Assembly: GCF_009914755.1 (NCBI RefSeq)
Contig: NC_060934.1
Source: the human T2T-CHM13v2.0 reference genome, Homo sapiens
Direction: 5' to 3' (one strand)
DNA: 64,000 nt
In this document: one piece after another, positions 14,801 to 29,286 of the stretch
Layout of the letters: each line of letters begins with the position of its first letter
Position numbering within the stretch: position 1 is the first letter of the stretch
Made by a program: the position numbers and the translations under genes
Notes under the pieces: generated by a model
Database searches by the model: none
The model's input: only the letters and a program-made list of their open reading frames with translations
Told to the model about the DNA's origin: nothing

Positions 14801-16925
14801 GAATATTCTTCCCTTCTTGTTTATTTGATAAACTCCTATTCACCCTGTTAAAACTCAGGGCAGATTGTTCGCGGTTCTGGAATGCCTCCTGTGACCTCTC
14901 CAGGCAGGCATGTTTTCTTTTTGTTCCCATATGTTGTTACGCTTAAGACATGATCTCACCATTCCTTTACCTTATTGTCTCCCTCACTAAGCTCCTCAAG
15001 CACAGGAACAAAGTTATGTTCAGCTCCAGATTTTCTCACTCCTAGTACAGTACATGATACATAATAAACATTTAAAAAGTGTATGCTTTTTGATATTCAT
15101 TCCTATTTGTCTTAGCCATGAGGATATGGGATCTTTTTATATTTACATTCTAAAAATGTCTGAGGGCATCCTTTTAATGACCATAGAAGCAGCAGTGGAT
15201 GTGAGCAAGATGAATTAACATCTGGCATTTATATGAACACAGTTGAATGTTTAGTATTTGGGGAAATTGTAGCAACAAGCCATCAGAACACATCTCTGCC
15301 TTGCTTGCTAGAGGTTAAGAGGTAGCTTGTTGTTCAACTTGCTAGCAGGGGTAATTAGCGGCAATCCAGTCCTTAGTGGGTAACCACTTCCATGTAGTCT
15401 TCCACATACCAGGAGCAAGTTGTTTCCTTGTTCCTCACATTATAGGTGTTTCTTATTCCTCGTGAAAGAGACTTTTTGTTTTTACAGTAGTGGAATTGAT
15501 TTTCCAAATATAGTTACCAAATAAATAATAAAGCAAGACACTGATTTGGGGATAGGGAAATTATATCATGCCACAAAAATTAATTTTTAATAAAAATATA
15601 AAATTTTATTTCGCATATAGAAACCACTGATTTAGTTAATGTAATTCACTAGTAGTATAGATGTCTAACTTGTAGTTTAGACATTTATTTATAAAACTGT
15701 TAAATTCCTCTCGGTTGACTCAACATTTTGTTATTCTTTAAAAACTGGATGTTTTCTAATTCATTAATATTTGATATGAAGCTTTATTGCATTTAATACA
15801 AGTAGCTTGTCTTTCTGACTCTGCTGTATTTCCGTTTATTTCTCTGATAAGCAGTGGTCAGTTGGGTACTGTGAGTAATCAAAACAGTACAAGTGGTGAG
15901 TACAAAACAGTACAAATTTATAGTGCACAATGGCCCTTTCCTGGGCATTTCTGGAGGTAGGTTGTCTTAATAATCAGTTTATTACCTGTCTTAATTGAAA
16001 AATCATCTTTTTATGCTTTTCACTGATAGCACATGTTTATACCTTTTTTCTTATTGGCAATAGACATATTACAATAAAGTCCATTTTTAAATTGTCACTG
16101 ATATTTTCAGAAGTCTTAAATTGCTTTAAGAGTTTTAACTTGGAACTAGAATATCTTACCATGTTTGAGGGTGAAAAGGAAAAACAAATCCCCATTCAAC
16201 CAACCAATTGATCGTGCCTCCTTCCTAATTACTTTTTATTCCCTTTGGTAGATTTTGGTTTGTTTAATATGGTCCTGCTCTATTTTTTCACTAATCTTTC
16301 AAGGTTTTTGATCACTTTGGCACGGTCATTTTTATCTAGGGAACCCCAGGGAGAATCTGTTGATTTAATTATGTGGTGATTTTAGTATCTTCCGTTTTGC
16401 GGGACAGTTCATTCATTTTTGTGTTGATGTGCTGTGAAAATACCCAGTGACTTTAAAGTCTGGGATATTTAGCTTGAGGCAGCAATTGAGCTGACTTGTT
16501 TATTTCAAACATTCTGCAATACGATTTGATGTGACATATTTCTGTACAGATTAATTTTGAGTAGTCACTGTCTTGATTTTTTTTTAATGCAAGTCAGCTG
16601 TATGCCATCATAGCCAACCATCCTCCATGAGTTGATGAGCCTTGCCCTCAGTCACTCCCAATCCAGCCATAATCTAATCCCTGGCTGCTGATCCTGGGCA
16701 GCCATTGTCCAGTGCTGGTCAGGGAGGTGGAAGAACTGAAAAAAACACAAATGATGCAGTATAAATAGATCCGCCCCTTCTATTGGGGAAATTAGAGCTA
16801 CTATGTAGATTTATTTGTGGATTAGCATAGCAAAAAAAACTTATTAGTGAGAAATGGCCCTCTGAATTTCATGTTGTAAAGCCCTTTGCCAAAGTTTTTG
16901 ACATTTTAGCCCACATTATTTAAAC

Positions 16926-16926
<1 letters not shown>

Positions 16927-16980
<54 letters not shown>
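16927..16980. repeat. Compound (TG)n(GA)n microsatellite
   Basis: Directly visible. Confidence 0.95.
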
Positions 16981-16981
<1 letters not shown>

Positions 16982-18005
16982 TAATGCATTTGTAGCAAAT
17001 ACCCCTGTATCAGGACAGGCCCAGTTGGCCCTGCCCATATATTTTAACTATTTGGGCCATTGAAAGATAGCTTTCAGATTTGTATTTTTTACTGGATACC
17101 CCCAAATCATGGAAATGGCATAGTTCCTCTGATTGTTTTTGAAACATAACTACACAATGAGCTTCAGGGAAGTACATGTGAGGCACACAGACCCTAAGAA
17201 CCTTGTCATAGGCTTCTGTTCTTTAGTTGCAGTTAGAGGCAACTTCACATTTGTTTTACTCTGAGCCATCATTCAAAAGGCTGATTATTCTAAATTTAAG
17301 TAAATGAATGTTTACTTTTCATTAGGGTAGATCTGTTTTTCACATGTCAGCCATAATAGGAGTGAGACAGAACAAATAAACTTTGAAACATTTTATTTGG
17401 AAACTTTTCAACAAGAATATTAAAAATAGGTTAGCATTAGCTAAATGTCTCGACCTATATTTGTTAAATAAATAGAATTTCACATAAACTGAGAATATAG
17501 TGATTTACTCTAAATCTTGTTTATCTGCTGGTGCTTTTCATTCTTGACAGAAGAACAACACTTGTTAACATGGTGTACAACTTTTTTTTTTAACTTTAAT
17601 GTAAGTAGTATTCCGAAGGTCACCGTTAACACCTGAATGTTTTGTGGAGGTTAAACCAAAAGCTGTAGAATCATTCTGTCAAGCTCTAAGGTTTAAAATA
17701 CCTAATGAATCTATTATGGCAGGAATTTTTTCTATAATAAATTAGTACTTTAATGTTTTCTTTTTCTCATTTAATTTTGGATCTTGTTCAGTGTTTACTG
17801 CCTGTATCATTTTTTGTTTGCATTATCACTCTTGTATGTGTCTAATTTGCTTGAATATTGCAGTTCATTTTTTAATTAAAAGAAACTCCACATATTTTCC
17901 ATATTAAAGCCATAATAAGTACCAACACAGCCTAATTGGTATTTATATTAAATCTGGGTGGAATTTCTAAGAACTTGCTGCTAATGTTGTTTTTAATTTT
18001 AACAG

Positions 18006-18100
18006 CCTCAAGTACTACAGCCTTCCAGCAGCCTTCCCAGACCCACAGATCACACCCAGGGAAAACTAATAAAGCCACAACGTATCGAGGCCCGCAGTGA
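18006..18100 (+). CDS. CCSER2: CCSER2 terminal exon, short frame (phase 1): (T)SSTTAFQQPSQTHRSHPGKTNKATTYRGPQ*
   Basis: Frame entered after a 3n+1 cassette; TGA at 18098-18100; peptide recalled as the end of the shorter CCSER2 isoform. Confidence 0.8.
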
Positions 18101-18824
18101 ATGCTCAATCCAAGACATGCATCAGGGCGGTGCACATCCGGAAGAAAGCTTTACACACGTCTTGCACCAAGAAAGCAACTATGGTTTGGAAGAGCAGCCT
18201 TTTTCATCAGGCCCACAATTAACAATGGATGTGGCTAAGAGTACACCTTCTGAAGCAAACTTAAACATTACTGTAAATGCTCAAGAGCCTTATCATTTGG
18301 CAAACAATCAAATTAGTGACATGCAGTTTATACCCACTTCTCTTCAGACACCTCCCGAGTCAAGTACAGTAGACCAGGCTAAGAGAGTTGGAAGAAATCA
18401 GTCTCCGCCAGTGGGTTATATGTCTCAGCCCAAGTCCTTGCAGCTTTTAAAGCCATCCATATTGAGTTCTTTGGTACCGCCTCCAGTTTCTGAATCATCT
18501 CCAAGTAGGACTCCCACTTGTAAAAAGTCACCAATAATCACAACATGTAATTCAGCAAAACTTCAGCCAACATCTAGTCAAACAAATCTTGCAAATAATC
18601 AGAATCTGAAAGCATCTAAGCTCCGCCCCCCCTCAGGCTCTTTCAAACAAAAACAAACAAACAGCCCCCAACTAGAGCCTCAAAGCTTCCAGGCCAAGAC
18701 AAGCATCCCAAGGCCACTAACACAACGAAAAGAAATCATGCAGAATCCAAATGGCAATTTGCATTCTGGGGATTGTTTGGCCTCTAATCGATATTCTCGT
18801 CTTCCTAAACCAAAGATACATTAA
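18006..18824 (+). CDS. CCSER2: CCSER2 terminal exon, long frame (phase 0): 272 aa PQVLQPSSSLPRP...KTSIPRP...YSRLPKPKIH*, S/P/Q/T-rich tail with SxIP-type motifs
   Basis: Acceptor gttgtttttaattttaacag| at 18005. The 235-aa ORF 18117-18824 extends in frame (37 codons) back to the acceptor. Stop TAA 18822-18824. Motifs SSLP 18027-18038, TSIP 18699-18710, SRLP 18795-18806. Confidence 0.88.
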   Translation, partial: PQVLQPSSSLPRPTDHTQGKLIKPQRIEARSECSIQDMHQGGAHPEESFTHVLHQESNYGLEEQPFSSGPQLTMDVAKSTPSEANLNITVNAQEPYHLANNQISDMQFIPTSLQTPPESSTVDQAKRVGRNQSPPVGYMSQPKSLQLLKPSILSSLVPPPVSESSPSRTPTCKKSPIITTCNSAKLQPTSSQTNLANNQNLKASKLRPPSGSFKQKQTNSPQLEPQSFQAKTSIPRPLTQRKEIMQNPNGNLHSGDCLASNRYSRLPKPKIH

Positions 18825-19879
18825 GTACATAGCCATCACCTGCCAATTTGTTTCTTAAAAACAATCTCTTCTGTAATAGCTTTATGTGCAGCTTGCAGCT
18901 TGCTACTGTGGTGGAGGTTCCATTGAAAGCCTGCAAATCTTAAATTAAAATGTGGAAGCTTCTACTAGTTTGGCTCCTTCATTTTATATCCTGGTTGAAG
19001 TACATGCCATTTGAGCATAATTATCTCAGGTAAACACGAAAGTTTGCTTACCCATTTCAGAGGCCTGCCAAAGGCCCAAATCATGTTATCCATCCCTCTC
19101 CACGTCAGAAAATTCATAATATTTTACTGAGCAGGCAAGAAGTGTGCTTTGCTGGTTTAGTCCTATTAAGGTCTGTATTTATTGTGGTTGTCAGAACCTC
19201 ACCCCTTTTCACTTGTCTCTCCTGTGAATATGGCTACTATTTTAACTAAAGATATGGTGATAATGGAAGATGGTAGTCTGTAAGCAGAGTTCTGGCCAGT
19301 GTTTTGTATATTTAAAAGGTCTATGCAAAAGCTTTGTGATGAATAAAGGAGATTAGGCTTTTAATGGAAAGTCTATGTAAGTTTTATTTTTCCTTGCCAG
19401 GGTCAGTCAGCTAATGTTACTGTTGATTCATTTCCCAAATTCCCCAGACTGAAAGTGTTTCTTATTACATATAAATCAGTTATATATTCCTTTACATCTT
19501 GTTTTACAAACACATGTGCATGCACACACACATATACACACACATACCATTTATGTTTGTATTTGTTACTGGGTAAATTTTGGAGCGCTTGAGATACACC
19601 TTGAAACCTGTACCTAAAGATGTATTCATTTGTAACATATGTTGGTGCTAGAGTTTTGCTGGTAATTCAGGTTTGAACCCTTAGGCTTGTGGATCCATGA
19701 TAGCCATTTTAAGGTTCCACAGCATTATGTCTTTAATTGTAATATTTATATTTATTGATTTTCTGCTAATATCTGAAGACTGAAATAATGAACTTGAAAC
19801 ATTTGCACAAAACTTTGATGGGGTATAAATATACCATATATAGGGATTGTAAACTATTTTCTATAGCAAAACAAGTTAA

Positions 19880-20253
<374 letters not shown>

Positions 20254-23046
20254 TCTATGGTGTATTTTTGAAAGACAATTTTTTAAAGGTAGATTTGGGA
20301 AAAAAATAGAATTGAAGATGGGAAATTTTGTTTTATTAAAAAGGTGCTAGAAGATGTTTCAAAGACAATATTCTTATTTTAATACGCTGTAGAAGGTAGG
20401 TGTGGAACCTCCATGCTACCATGTGCACAAACCTAATTATGCTTTGGGTCACTTGTCAGTTCAGTAAATCTGCCTTCCTCTTCTCCCAAATCATGTCATC
20501 TTTAGGTTGTTCACCTGCAGCTGCTTTAAATGAATTAGTATCTTTCAGATAGATAACCTTACAAGGAGAATGTTTGTTTTGAGCAGCTGACCAAAAATAT
20601 ATCAAACAGGATTATGGCCAAAAAGTCACTCAAATTTCTAGAGATTCCTTTAAAAGATGTATGTTGATGAAATTGCCCCTTTATAAGAAAAACAACAGCA
20701 AGTCTTTTAGTAGAAATTTGAAAGAAGTGTTTGCTACCATTTTGACCCATTATTCCCTTACCTATCAGATGAATTTGCCATTCACTGGATAGAAACCATT
20801 CTTGGATTTGGTAAGAGGTGAGCAAGACAAATCTTGTACCATACTCTTATGTACCAGCACTTCTGATGGAGAAGCAGTGAAGTTCAGAACGTTCTTCACA
20901 TAGTCCAGATACTGTTAGAGTCAGGCAAATCAGCAAAGCACTTTGTTATGGAGATGACCCATGATGGCTGCAGTTGTAAGTGGGCATACATGTTCTATCA
21001 TTTTGAAGGAGAAAGAAAACCGTTCTCACATGTTGCAAATATGTGAATCATACTATATTCCCCTAAAGTAAAACCAGTGACTTAGTGGTTTTTGGTTTAT
21101 TTAGAAGTTGGTTTAGACCCTTATGAAACATTATTTACGAGTTGGCCTTATCCTTAAGGGAAAAGTTCTAAATTTTTAAATTTATTTTTAATTCCCTAGT
21201 CTGAGGGAAATGTCTTTATTGTCCATTACATAAAAATGTTGACTCCAGTAATTTATTTTTCTCTATTTTTTCCTCCATGTATTTACTCCATTTTTCTCTA
21301 TTTTTTCCTTCCCTGATGGATTTGCAGAAATGTTAACCAATTAGCTCAACTTTTCTCTACCTTTGTTGAGTCTTAATCTTTTAGAAGATAGGCTTACCGT
21401 ATATTTATGAAGCATAATATATTAAAAGAAAACAAATCTAGGATGCTTGCATGACATAAAGTATTTGCCTGCAGTTTTCATTAAAAACTGCAAGAATATC
21501 ATGCTTGTCTGCTTCTTAGTAAATGTTAAGTCTGAAATGGAAGTGAGGATGTAACTCTACTGAATAATCAAAGATCATCTTAGATTTGGCTTGATCTGTG
21601 TTTATTGCTTCTATTAATGTAAATCAACTCTGTGCCAAATCCTCCTCCACAAACCATTTATTGTCTTAGTTCTAGTGGTATCAATGAAGATAGTTACAGT
21701 ATATGAATTCTAAGTCCTGAGGAAGAAATTTTATGGGGTTTGTTAAGTTTCACATTCGTGAAAGAGGAAATTAGTAGAGTATTCAGACTTTGATATTTGG
21801 CTGTTAATGGGATGCATATCAAATTTTTAAAAGAAGGCTTGGCCTAAGGAGTTTATTGGTACAGGTGCAGATGATTTTAAGGCATTAAAGGATTATAGAG
21901 TTATGTCATTTAGACTGTTTCTAATAACTGAGACCATCTAACATTTTTCTTTTGGAGTCTCATTTTTATTTGTGCAATATTTTCAGGCATATAGGCTACT
22001 GTTCATTGTATTTATATATATATTAGAATTTACTAAGTACTTTAACAAGTAAAAATCTGAATATGAAAGAAAATATCAGATTTGCACTTTAAATGAGCTT
22101 AATTGCTTGAAGTTGTGCCTGAAATATCGAATTGCCTCCTATTGGGTGTGGCTTTGTTGAAATAAATTTGTAATTGTTGCTGTTTGAAGATATCAGTACA
22201 GCTGTTCACAGAAATATATTCCCAGCATGTCACTTTTCCATTAAAGCACTAAGTTTTCTTTGAATGTTCCATTGTTCCGATAAGTATTTTACTTTTTTCT
22301 CAGTACATCAGAGAGAGCGTGATCCCCCTACAGCTGTCACTTCCAAATGTTCCTGTAGCATAAATGGTGTTACAGACACTGAGGTGCACTCTTGGTTTCT
22401 GAGCAGAGTTGTCATACTGGTTTCCTGGTCTCTAGGGCACTGGGGATGTACTTTGAAATCACCGAACAGGCTTGCAATTAAGATCAATAAGGCTGCAGCA
22501 CCATTTCAATTTACTTTCCATCTTACCCAGTAGTTTTTGTGTTTTTAAATTCGTTTGGGTGGTTATGTTTGCATGCTTAAGCACACATTTGAAAATTAAT
22601 TATAGCTGTACTACCCGATGTTTTTCCTTGGGGATGATGGCCTTGTTCCTTTTTAAATTCTGATGCTTGAATTCTATTTTCTAGTGATTTTTCACATCTC
22701 CCTTTAAGTTTTTGCTGCAGCAATTTGAGAGAGTACTTTTGATTAAATGATTCTGATGGTGGGCACCAATCTACAACTATGTCATTAACTGAAGATACAT
22801 GTTTTAATCTTGTTGGGAATAAGCTTACCCACTTTCTCCTTGGTAAAGCGTTTACTTAACAAAATAATACCCGAGAATGTAAGGTCTCTAAGTCATTACT
22901 AACAAAGAGCAAAAATAATATCTGCAGTATTGTTTTTCCCATTGATTTTAAGTCAGTTTAGAGTACAAACTGTATATTAGAATTTGCCTGTAAAATGAAT
23001 TCTAAAAAGCAGATGTAAAGTCTCTCCTGAAAATGTTGGCATAGTA

Positions 23047-23058
23047 AATAAAAATAAA
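23047..23058 (+). terminator. Tandem AATAAA AATAAA polyadenylation signal
   Basis: AATAAA at 23047-23052 and 23053-23058, TGTA elements upstream, T/GT-rich sequence downstream (gttctcttgtctttct). Confidence 0.8.
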
Positions 23059-23737
23059 GTTCATAATTATAAAAGTTCTCTTGTCTTTCTCAACATTGAC
23101 TCCCATAGTTTGCTTTTTCTTTGATATCTTTTTTCCCACAAAGATCTAAGATACTGTTCATTTGCTTATGTTTTTCCCAACTCTGATACTTTATTTTACA
23201 TGCTGCCTTCACACACATCTTGACACCCCAAGCCCTGATTGAGTAGGAGTTGATCAGTATTTTGTTGTTGTGTCTTCACAAATTCTGTAAGAGATCTAGT
23301 ACTTTCGTTTCCATTGTAATAAAATACCTGCTTTATCTTAGAATATTGGGATAATGGTTAATGGACATTTCAAGAAACATTAGCACCTTGGATTTAGAAT
23401 GCTGTACAAGGAAGAAAACACTTGTAATTTTAATTATTTTGTCATTGTTTTTAAGCAGTATACAAAATAGCTTGAGGCAAGAAAGGTGTTTAGTGAAATT
23501 TTACATAATTTTTAGGAACAAAAGGAGTAAGGAATATATATTTTTTCAGTTTTACAGTTTAGTCAGATGCGATAGTCCCGTAATAAGAGACAAAAAAGTT
23601 GATGCAGTGGTATGTTATTAATCCAAAATGTTTACACGAATTCTGGGAAAGGAGGGAAATTTTATTAATAGTTTGATAATAGCACTTATTACCTCTTAAG
23701 ACACCTGTATGAACTTTAAGGCCATCTGAGTTCTTAG

Positions 23738-24072
23738 TGTTGCAGAATTTTGCTCCTTAGGTCGGCTAAATCGGGGTTCTTGTGTCAGGACCAGGAAAAT
23801 GTAGACACATGGACACATTGAAGTGTGTGGGGAATGGAATTCATTGGGCAAAAAGGAAAAAAAAACTCAGCAAAGCAAGGGGGGAATCCTGCTAACAGGC
23901 CCCCACCTCACAGATAAGTTCCAGGCCACCACACATGTGAGCTGAAGAGCTCAGGCTCTTCCCTCCTGCCCAAGGCTGGAACTTCCCGTGGCTCCACCCA
24001 GTTCTCCCAGTGCACAAGCTGGTTGGAGATTCTCTGAGGACCCTCCCCCTTATTGGCCTTCTGCATCTATCA
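23738..24072 (-). mobile_element. Solo ERV1 LTR, MER61A/B-like
   Basis: TG...CA termini (tgttgcag...tctatca) and 4-bp TSD TTAG (23734-23737, 24073-24076). Minus-strand text tgatagatgcagaagg...gggtggagccacgggaagttc matches the recalled MER61 consensus. Confidence 0.75.
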
Positions 24073-24834
24073 TTAGCAAGTACTTTCTTATACTAAAAAT
24101 TTTCCCTTTTAATTTTGTCATTAAGTGTAGTCATTTCAGTTTCTTCATTTATGCTGTTGATTGCGCGTTTTCCATTGTGAAAATATTTTATCCCTACAGA
24201 AAAGACAAGCATGAGTTAAAGAATTGACTTCTTCCTCTGTTAACTTGGTTTAAGTAAGTTTGATGGGATGTCTTACCTGTGTCACTTGCTGTGCTGGCTG
24301 CAGGGTGTACAAAGGTAACGATGATACAGGTTCTGCCTTATGGAGCTTAGGAACCCTAGGGGATTTTTAACATCATCCGATCCATTGCAGCACTGAGCCC
24401 TTCCCTTGCATTCCCTGTTTATTATCTTCCTTTGAACCTACCAGTCTCTTTTGACGTTTCCTCTTCAGTTTCATTTCATTCTGGGCTTTAACTCCCTTGC
24501 ACTATTCTCCTCTTGGATTCTATATTATGTTTATTCTTGTTTGGTTGCATGCCTTCATTTCCCTAGAAAACCTGGCCTTTTATTATTTTATCCAAGAACG
24601 AACTTCCTCTTTAGCCACTATTAAATACTCTGCTTTCTACTTTAGGTTCTTGGAATTTGATTTTAAGACTTCTCGACTATCCTAAGGCCACTGTCCCTTT
24701 TAGAACCTCAACCCATAAGATGTTGCTTTCTGAAGTCTACCTTTAACATTCAAATTCATGTCCGGGCTTTTCCTTCCATCCCATTCTCTTGGATAGATCA
24801 AATATAATATGGTCTACTTGATGTTTTCAGTTTC

Positions 24835-25280
24835 TATTTTAATTTTTAATTTTTATGGATATATAATAATTATACATATTTATTAAATACCTGTTATTTC
24901 GATACAAGCATACACTATAATCTGTGTAATTGGGATATCCATTGCCTCATTTATTTCTTTGTGCTAGGAATATTTCAATACTACTCTTCTGGTTATTTTG
25001 AAATATACAATAAATTATTGTTAACTATGGTCACTGTACTGTGCTACTGAACACTAGGTCCTATTCATTCTAACTGTATTTTTGTACCCATTAACCATCC
25101 CCTCTTTATCCCACCTCCCCACCACCCTTTCCAGCCTTTGGTAACCACTATTCTACTCTCTACCTCTGTTAGATCATTTCTTTTTTATCTTCCACATGAG
25201 TGAGAATGTGCAACATTTGTCTTCCTGTATGTGGCTTATTTCACATAATGACCTCCAGTTTCATTCATGTTGTTGCTGGT
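24835..25280 (-). mobile_element. L1MA-type 3' end fragment
   Basis: Typical antisense L1MA 3'UTR text (ttattttgaaatatacaataaattattgttaactat, cccacatgagtgagaatgtgcaacatttgtc-like). Confidence 0.75.
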
Positions 25281-28200
25281 TTCCTACCATTTCTTGCCAT
25301 GGAGTCTCTAAGGAGGAATTTAGGTCATCCAGAGAAGCCTTTTCCTCACTGATGAATTCTCCCACCCACCCATGCACACAGCCCTCAAATTAGCATCTTT
25401 TCTGTGCAAAAATCAGAGAGGAAGAAACAGTTCCTCACAGGCACTTCTCTGGTTTCTCAACCTGAAAAATGGTATTGCTACTTTCCAGATCTCAAAACAA
25501 CCCACTCCTTAATCCTCACATGAATTCATTCAGACACCCATTTTGAGTATGAATAATCCTTTGGTAATACTTTAAGTGATTACAGAACAAATGCTTTCTG
25601 CAGCAAAAGTATACCTGAAATATCAGTCTACTAAAGTGAAAGGTAACTATTCCCCACAAGAAACATGGTTGAAATGCTTGTTTTGTGCACAGCCCTCGTT
25701 TCTGTCTCGTGGCAGGAGGTGGATGAGACGGAGACCCTGCGATTGAAGAGATCAAATTGCAACATGACAAGAAGGATCCCAAACAAAGCACTGTAAGAGA
25801 GCCAGTGGGCAGGAAGGGGACGTTTGGGACCACAGGTGAACTCGCTTCCAAAACCATTCATCCTTGACAAATGTGCATGTGTGTTAGGATTTCTTTTTAA
25901 TTACAGCTAAATAAAAACTAGGCCACTATCACATAACCTGTAGTGGTAACGATACATTCCACGAACCTGAGGCCTTTTTAAGCACGTATCAGTTCAAAAT
26001 ACTTCTGAATTATCAGGAATTTAAAAAATTTTCACAAGTTTTAGCTGAGGTTTTGCATTTATAGTAGGTCAAGTGCAAATGTGAATTGCAATGAAAAACA
26101 AAAGTAATAGGACTTGTGATGGATTGTTAATGCAAATGGTTTCTTAAATTGTGTTCCAGAGTTTTGCTGAGATGCAAACACAGATGCTCTAAACTCCCTG
26201 CTGCCAGGGGCCGCCTCCACCAGGTTCAAAGATTCAGGACTAGTCAGAGCTCACAGGAGGTGTTTGGGAAAGGGTTTGGGCCAGACCTGGGCACTCAGAA
26301 CCCTGGTCCTTGGTCTGACTACTCTCATTCTAAGAAAAATTTCAACTAAGGGAAGGAAAGCAGAGCACACAGTGCTTCCCTGCCTTTCAGAGCTCGTAAA
26401 GAATTCAAGGGGGAAGCAAAGGAGACCATGGACTTAGAACTATTTGTGAATATTACAAGAAGCATTACTGAAGTCACAGAACAAACCACCAAAGTACAAA
26501 GGGCCAATATAACAGAACAAATTAATGATTTTTGCTATTAGTCAAAGAGATGCAAAACAGAATGGCGTGCTACTTACATACCTTTACATGCAAAGAACTG
26601 TTTAAAAGAGTGGAGCATTGGAAAAAAAAAGTCTGACAGTAGGAGAATGATTACATTATTTATATGACAAGATGATGCCACAGTCAGCTAATGCTCTTGG
26701 GGAATATTTACTCAAAATATGTATAACAATATTTATTCAAAATATTCATATTACAACTGAGGACAAAAGCAAATTTACGAATCCATGAATGTAGTACAAT
26801 GTGAATACATATATGCTTATAAATACCTATATAAAAGAATAACTTCTTAATGGCTGAATTATTGGCCATTTTTTAATCTTTTTATATATTTTCTGTTTTT
26901 TAAAAATGGTGAGACTATGCTCTTATAATCAAAATTGCATGTGTATGTCTGTGTGTTTAATAACAGGGTCATTTCTGTTGCCCAGGCAACATTTGTAAGG
27001 CACCTGGCATATAGGCATCCAATAATTAATCTCCCTTGCCACAGATTTAATGAGTGGTCTTTGTCATCATGGGATGATGTTTCAGAAAATTTTAAGTCAC
27101 TTATTCAATGACATAGCAAATGGCCTATCTCCCTGACCTCAAAACTAGTAAGACTGCATTATTGTTTTACTCCTTTTTTTGTTCTGGTAATTGGGGTTGG
27201 GAACACATTACCTTATGAATCAGGATCCGTCCACTGTCAGTGACAAAATCTATTTCTGCCAAACTTGAATAGTTTGTTCCCTTAGCATGGAAGCTTGGAG
27301 AGATTCGTCCTTATTTATGTCAACCCTTCTCTGTGTTCTTTGTGTAGTATTTTCTTATTAGTCATCAGTTCCGTCTACACCATCCCAAATAGGAGTGCCC
27401 TAAACAAAATCTTTATAGACTGACAAGTCCTTTCCAGCGTCCTGCTGCATGAGGGCTGTTTGCTGTGGGATGTCAACTCTTAGTATATTAACTGGACCTT
27501 AGTGCGTAGTGTGACGGAATGCAAATTGCATTGAACACATTTTTATAGCATGGCTTGTGGTGCTGGAAACCAGAAAAGACAGATCCCAGGGCTTTGCCCC
27601 ACACACTAGTTACAGGATTGAGGATTCCTCTGGTTTGTTCAGCCACTGCTCTGCTGCCTCCTGCCTCCCAGGCTGGGATGAGCTAAAGAACAGGCCATCT
27701 AATTCTGCTCACTGGTTTCGAGCCACGGAAGGAGACCTTAACCTTTAATTATAACGTTTACTTATGGTTTCCTTAAAGCTAAGCCAGTGCTACTCTGGTT
27801 TGGGGTGAGTGGGGAAAGCCTACTAGAGTCCAGTTGCCCAGCTCTCAGCAGCACAAGGCCTGGTCAGAGCTTCCTTCCTTAAGGAGCAAACACACAAGAC
27901 TGCATGAAAGAAATAGGACAGGAAAAGGAATCCTAAAGCAAGCAACTGTGTTAAAATCCAAGCAGGTATTGACTTCTTTTGTACAAAGAAGTAAAATTTT
28001 TCCCACAACAACTACTTTTCTCTTTTTATCAATATTTAATTTTCTGTAACCACACTTCACCACCACTTTTCTAATAACTTTTAACTGCAAAGTTATGTGA
28101 CCATTTTTCTCTGCCTGAGAAAATGGGATTTTTTTTTCTTTTCTTCTGAATACTGCCCTCCCCGCAGCTCCTCCCAACCCCCCGCCCTGTGACAACCTCA

Positions 28201-28582
28201 GAACATCAAAGGCAAGTGTTTTATGCACCGTGTACATTCACTGTCTGGCTCTCTGCCAGGCTGGAGGGGAGAGCAGAGACTTGTGCTGGCCAGGTCAGGC
28301 TCTGTGCACAGGGATTTGGGCTGCGGGGGAAGCTGCTCTTTATCCTCTTCTGCCTTAGAGCAGGCAAGATGGGAACACTCTTCTTAGCATCTTTTAATCC
28401 ATGTTGTCTGTGCTCTGTCACTCCCGCTTCTGAGTATTCCCAATAGTCAAAAGAATTTTGCCCAGTTTCCCTCAGTCCTTTGCATTACACATTATAAATT
28501 ACATTTGAAGACACATCTTTGCATAAGGCATCAGGCCCTGTAAGCCACCCCATCCCCATCCCCACTCAACACTCACTGGTGA

Positions 28583-28916
<334 letters not shown>

Positions 28917-29070
28917 AACCATTTTTTTTCAAGTAGGTTAGTTTTCAAAAGCTGTGTGGTCTCATTTTACTGTTTTTTGTTTGTTTGTTTGTTTGAAGAG
29001 TCATTACTTTATTGAAGCACATTTTACATATATAATTTATTCCAAGTATACAATTAAGAGATTTTTTATA

Positions 29071-29286
<216 letters not shown>

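Noticed and set aside
18117-18824. 235-aa ORF as a standalone single-exon gene
   Set aside because: The frame is open back to a good splice acceptor at 18005, so it is a terminal exon and the ATG is internal.
21255-21309. 20-bp direct repeat atttttctctattttttcct in the 3'UTR
   Set aside because: Low-complexity local duplication with no functional clue.
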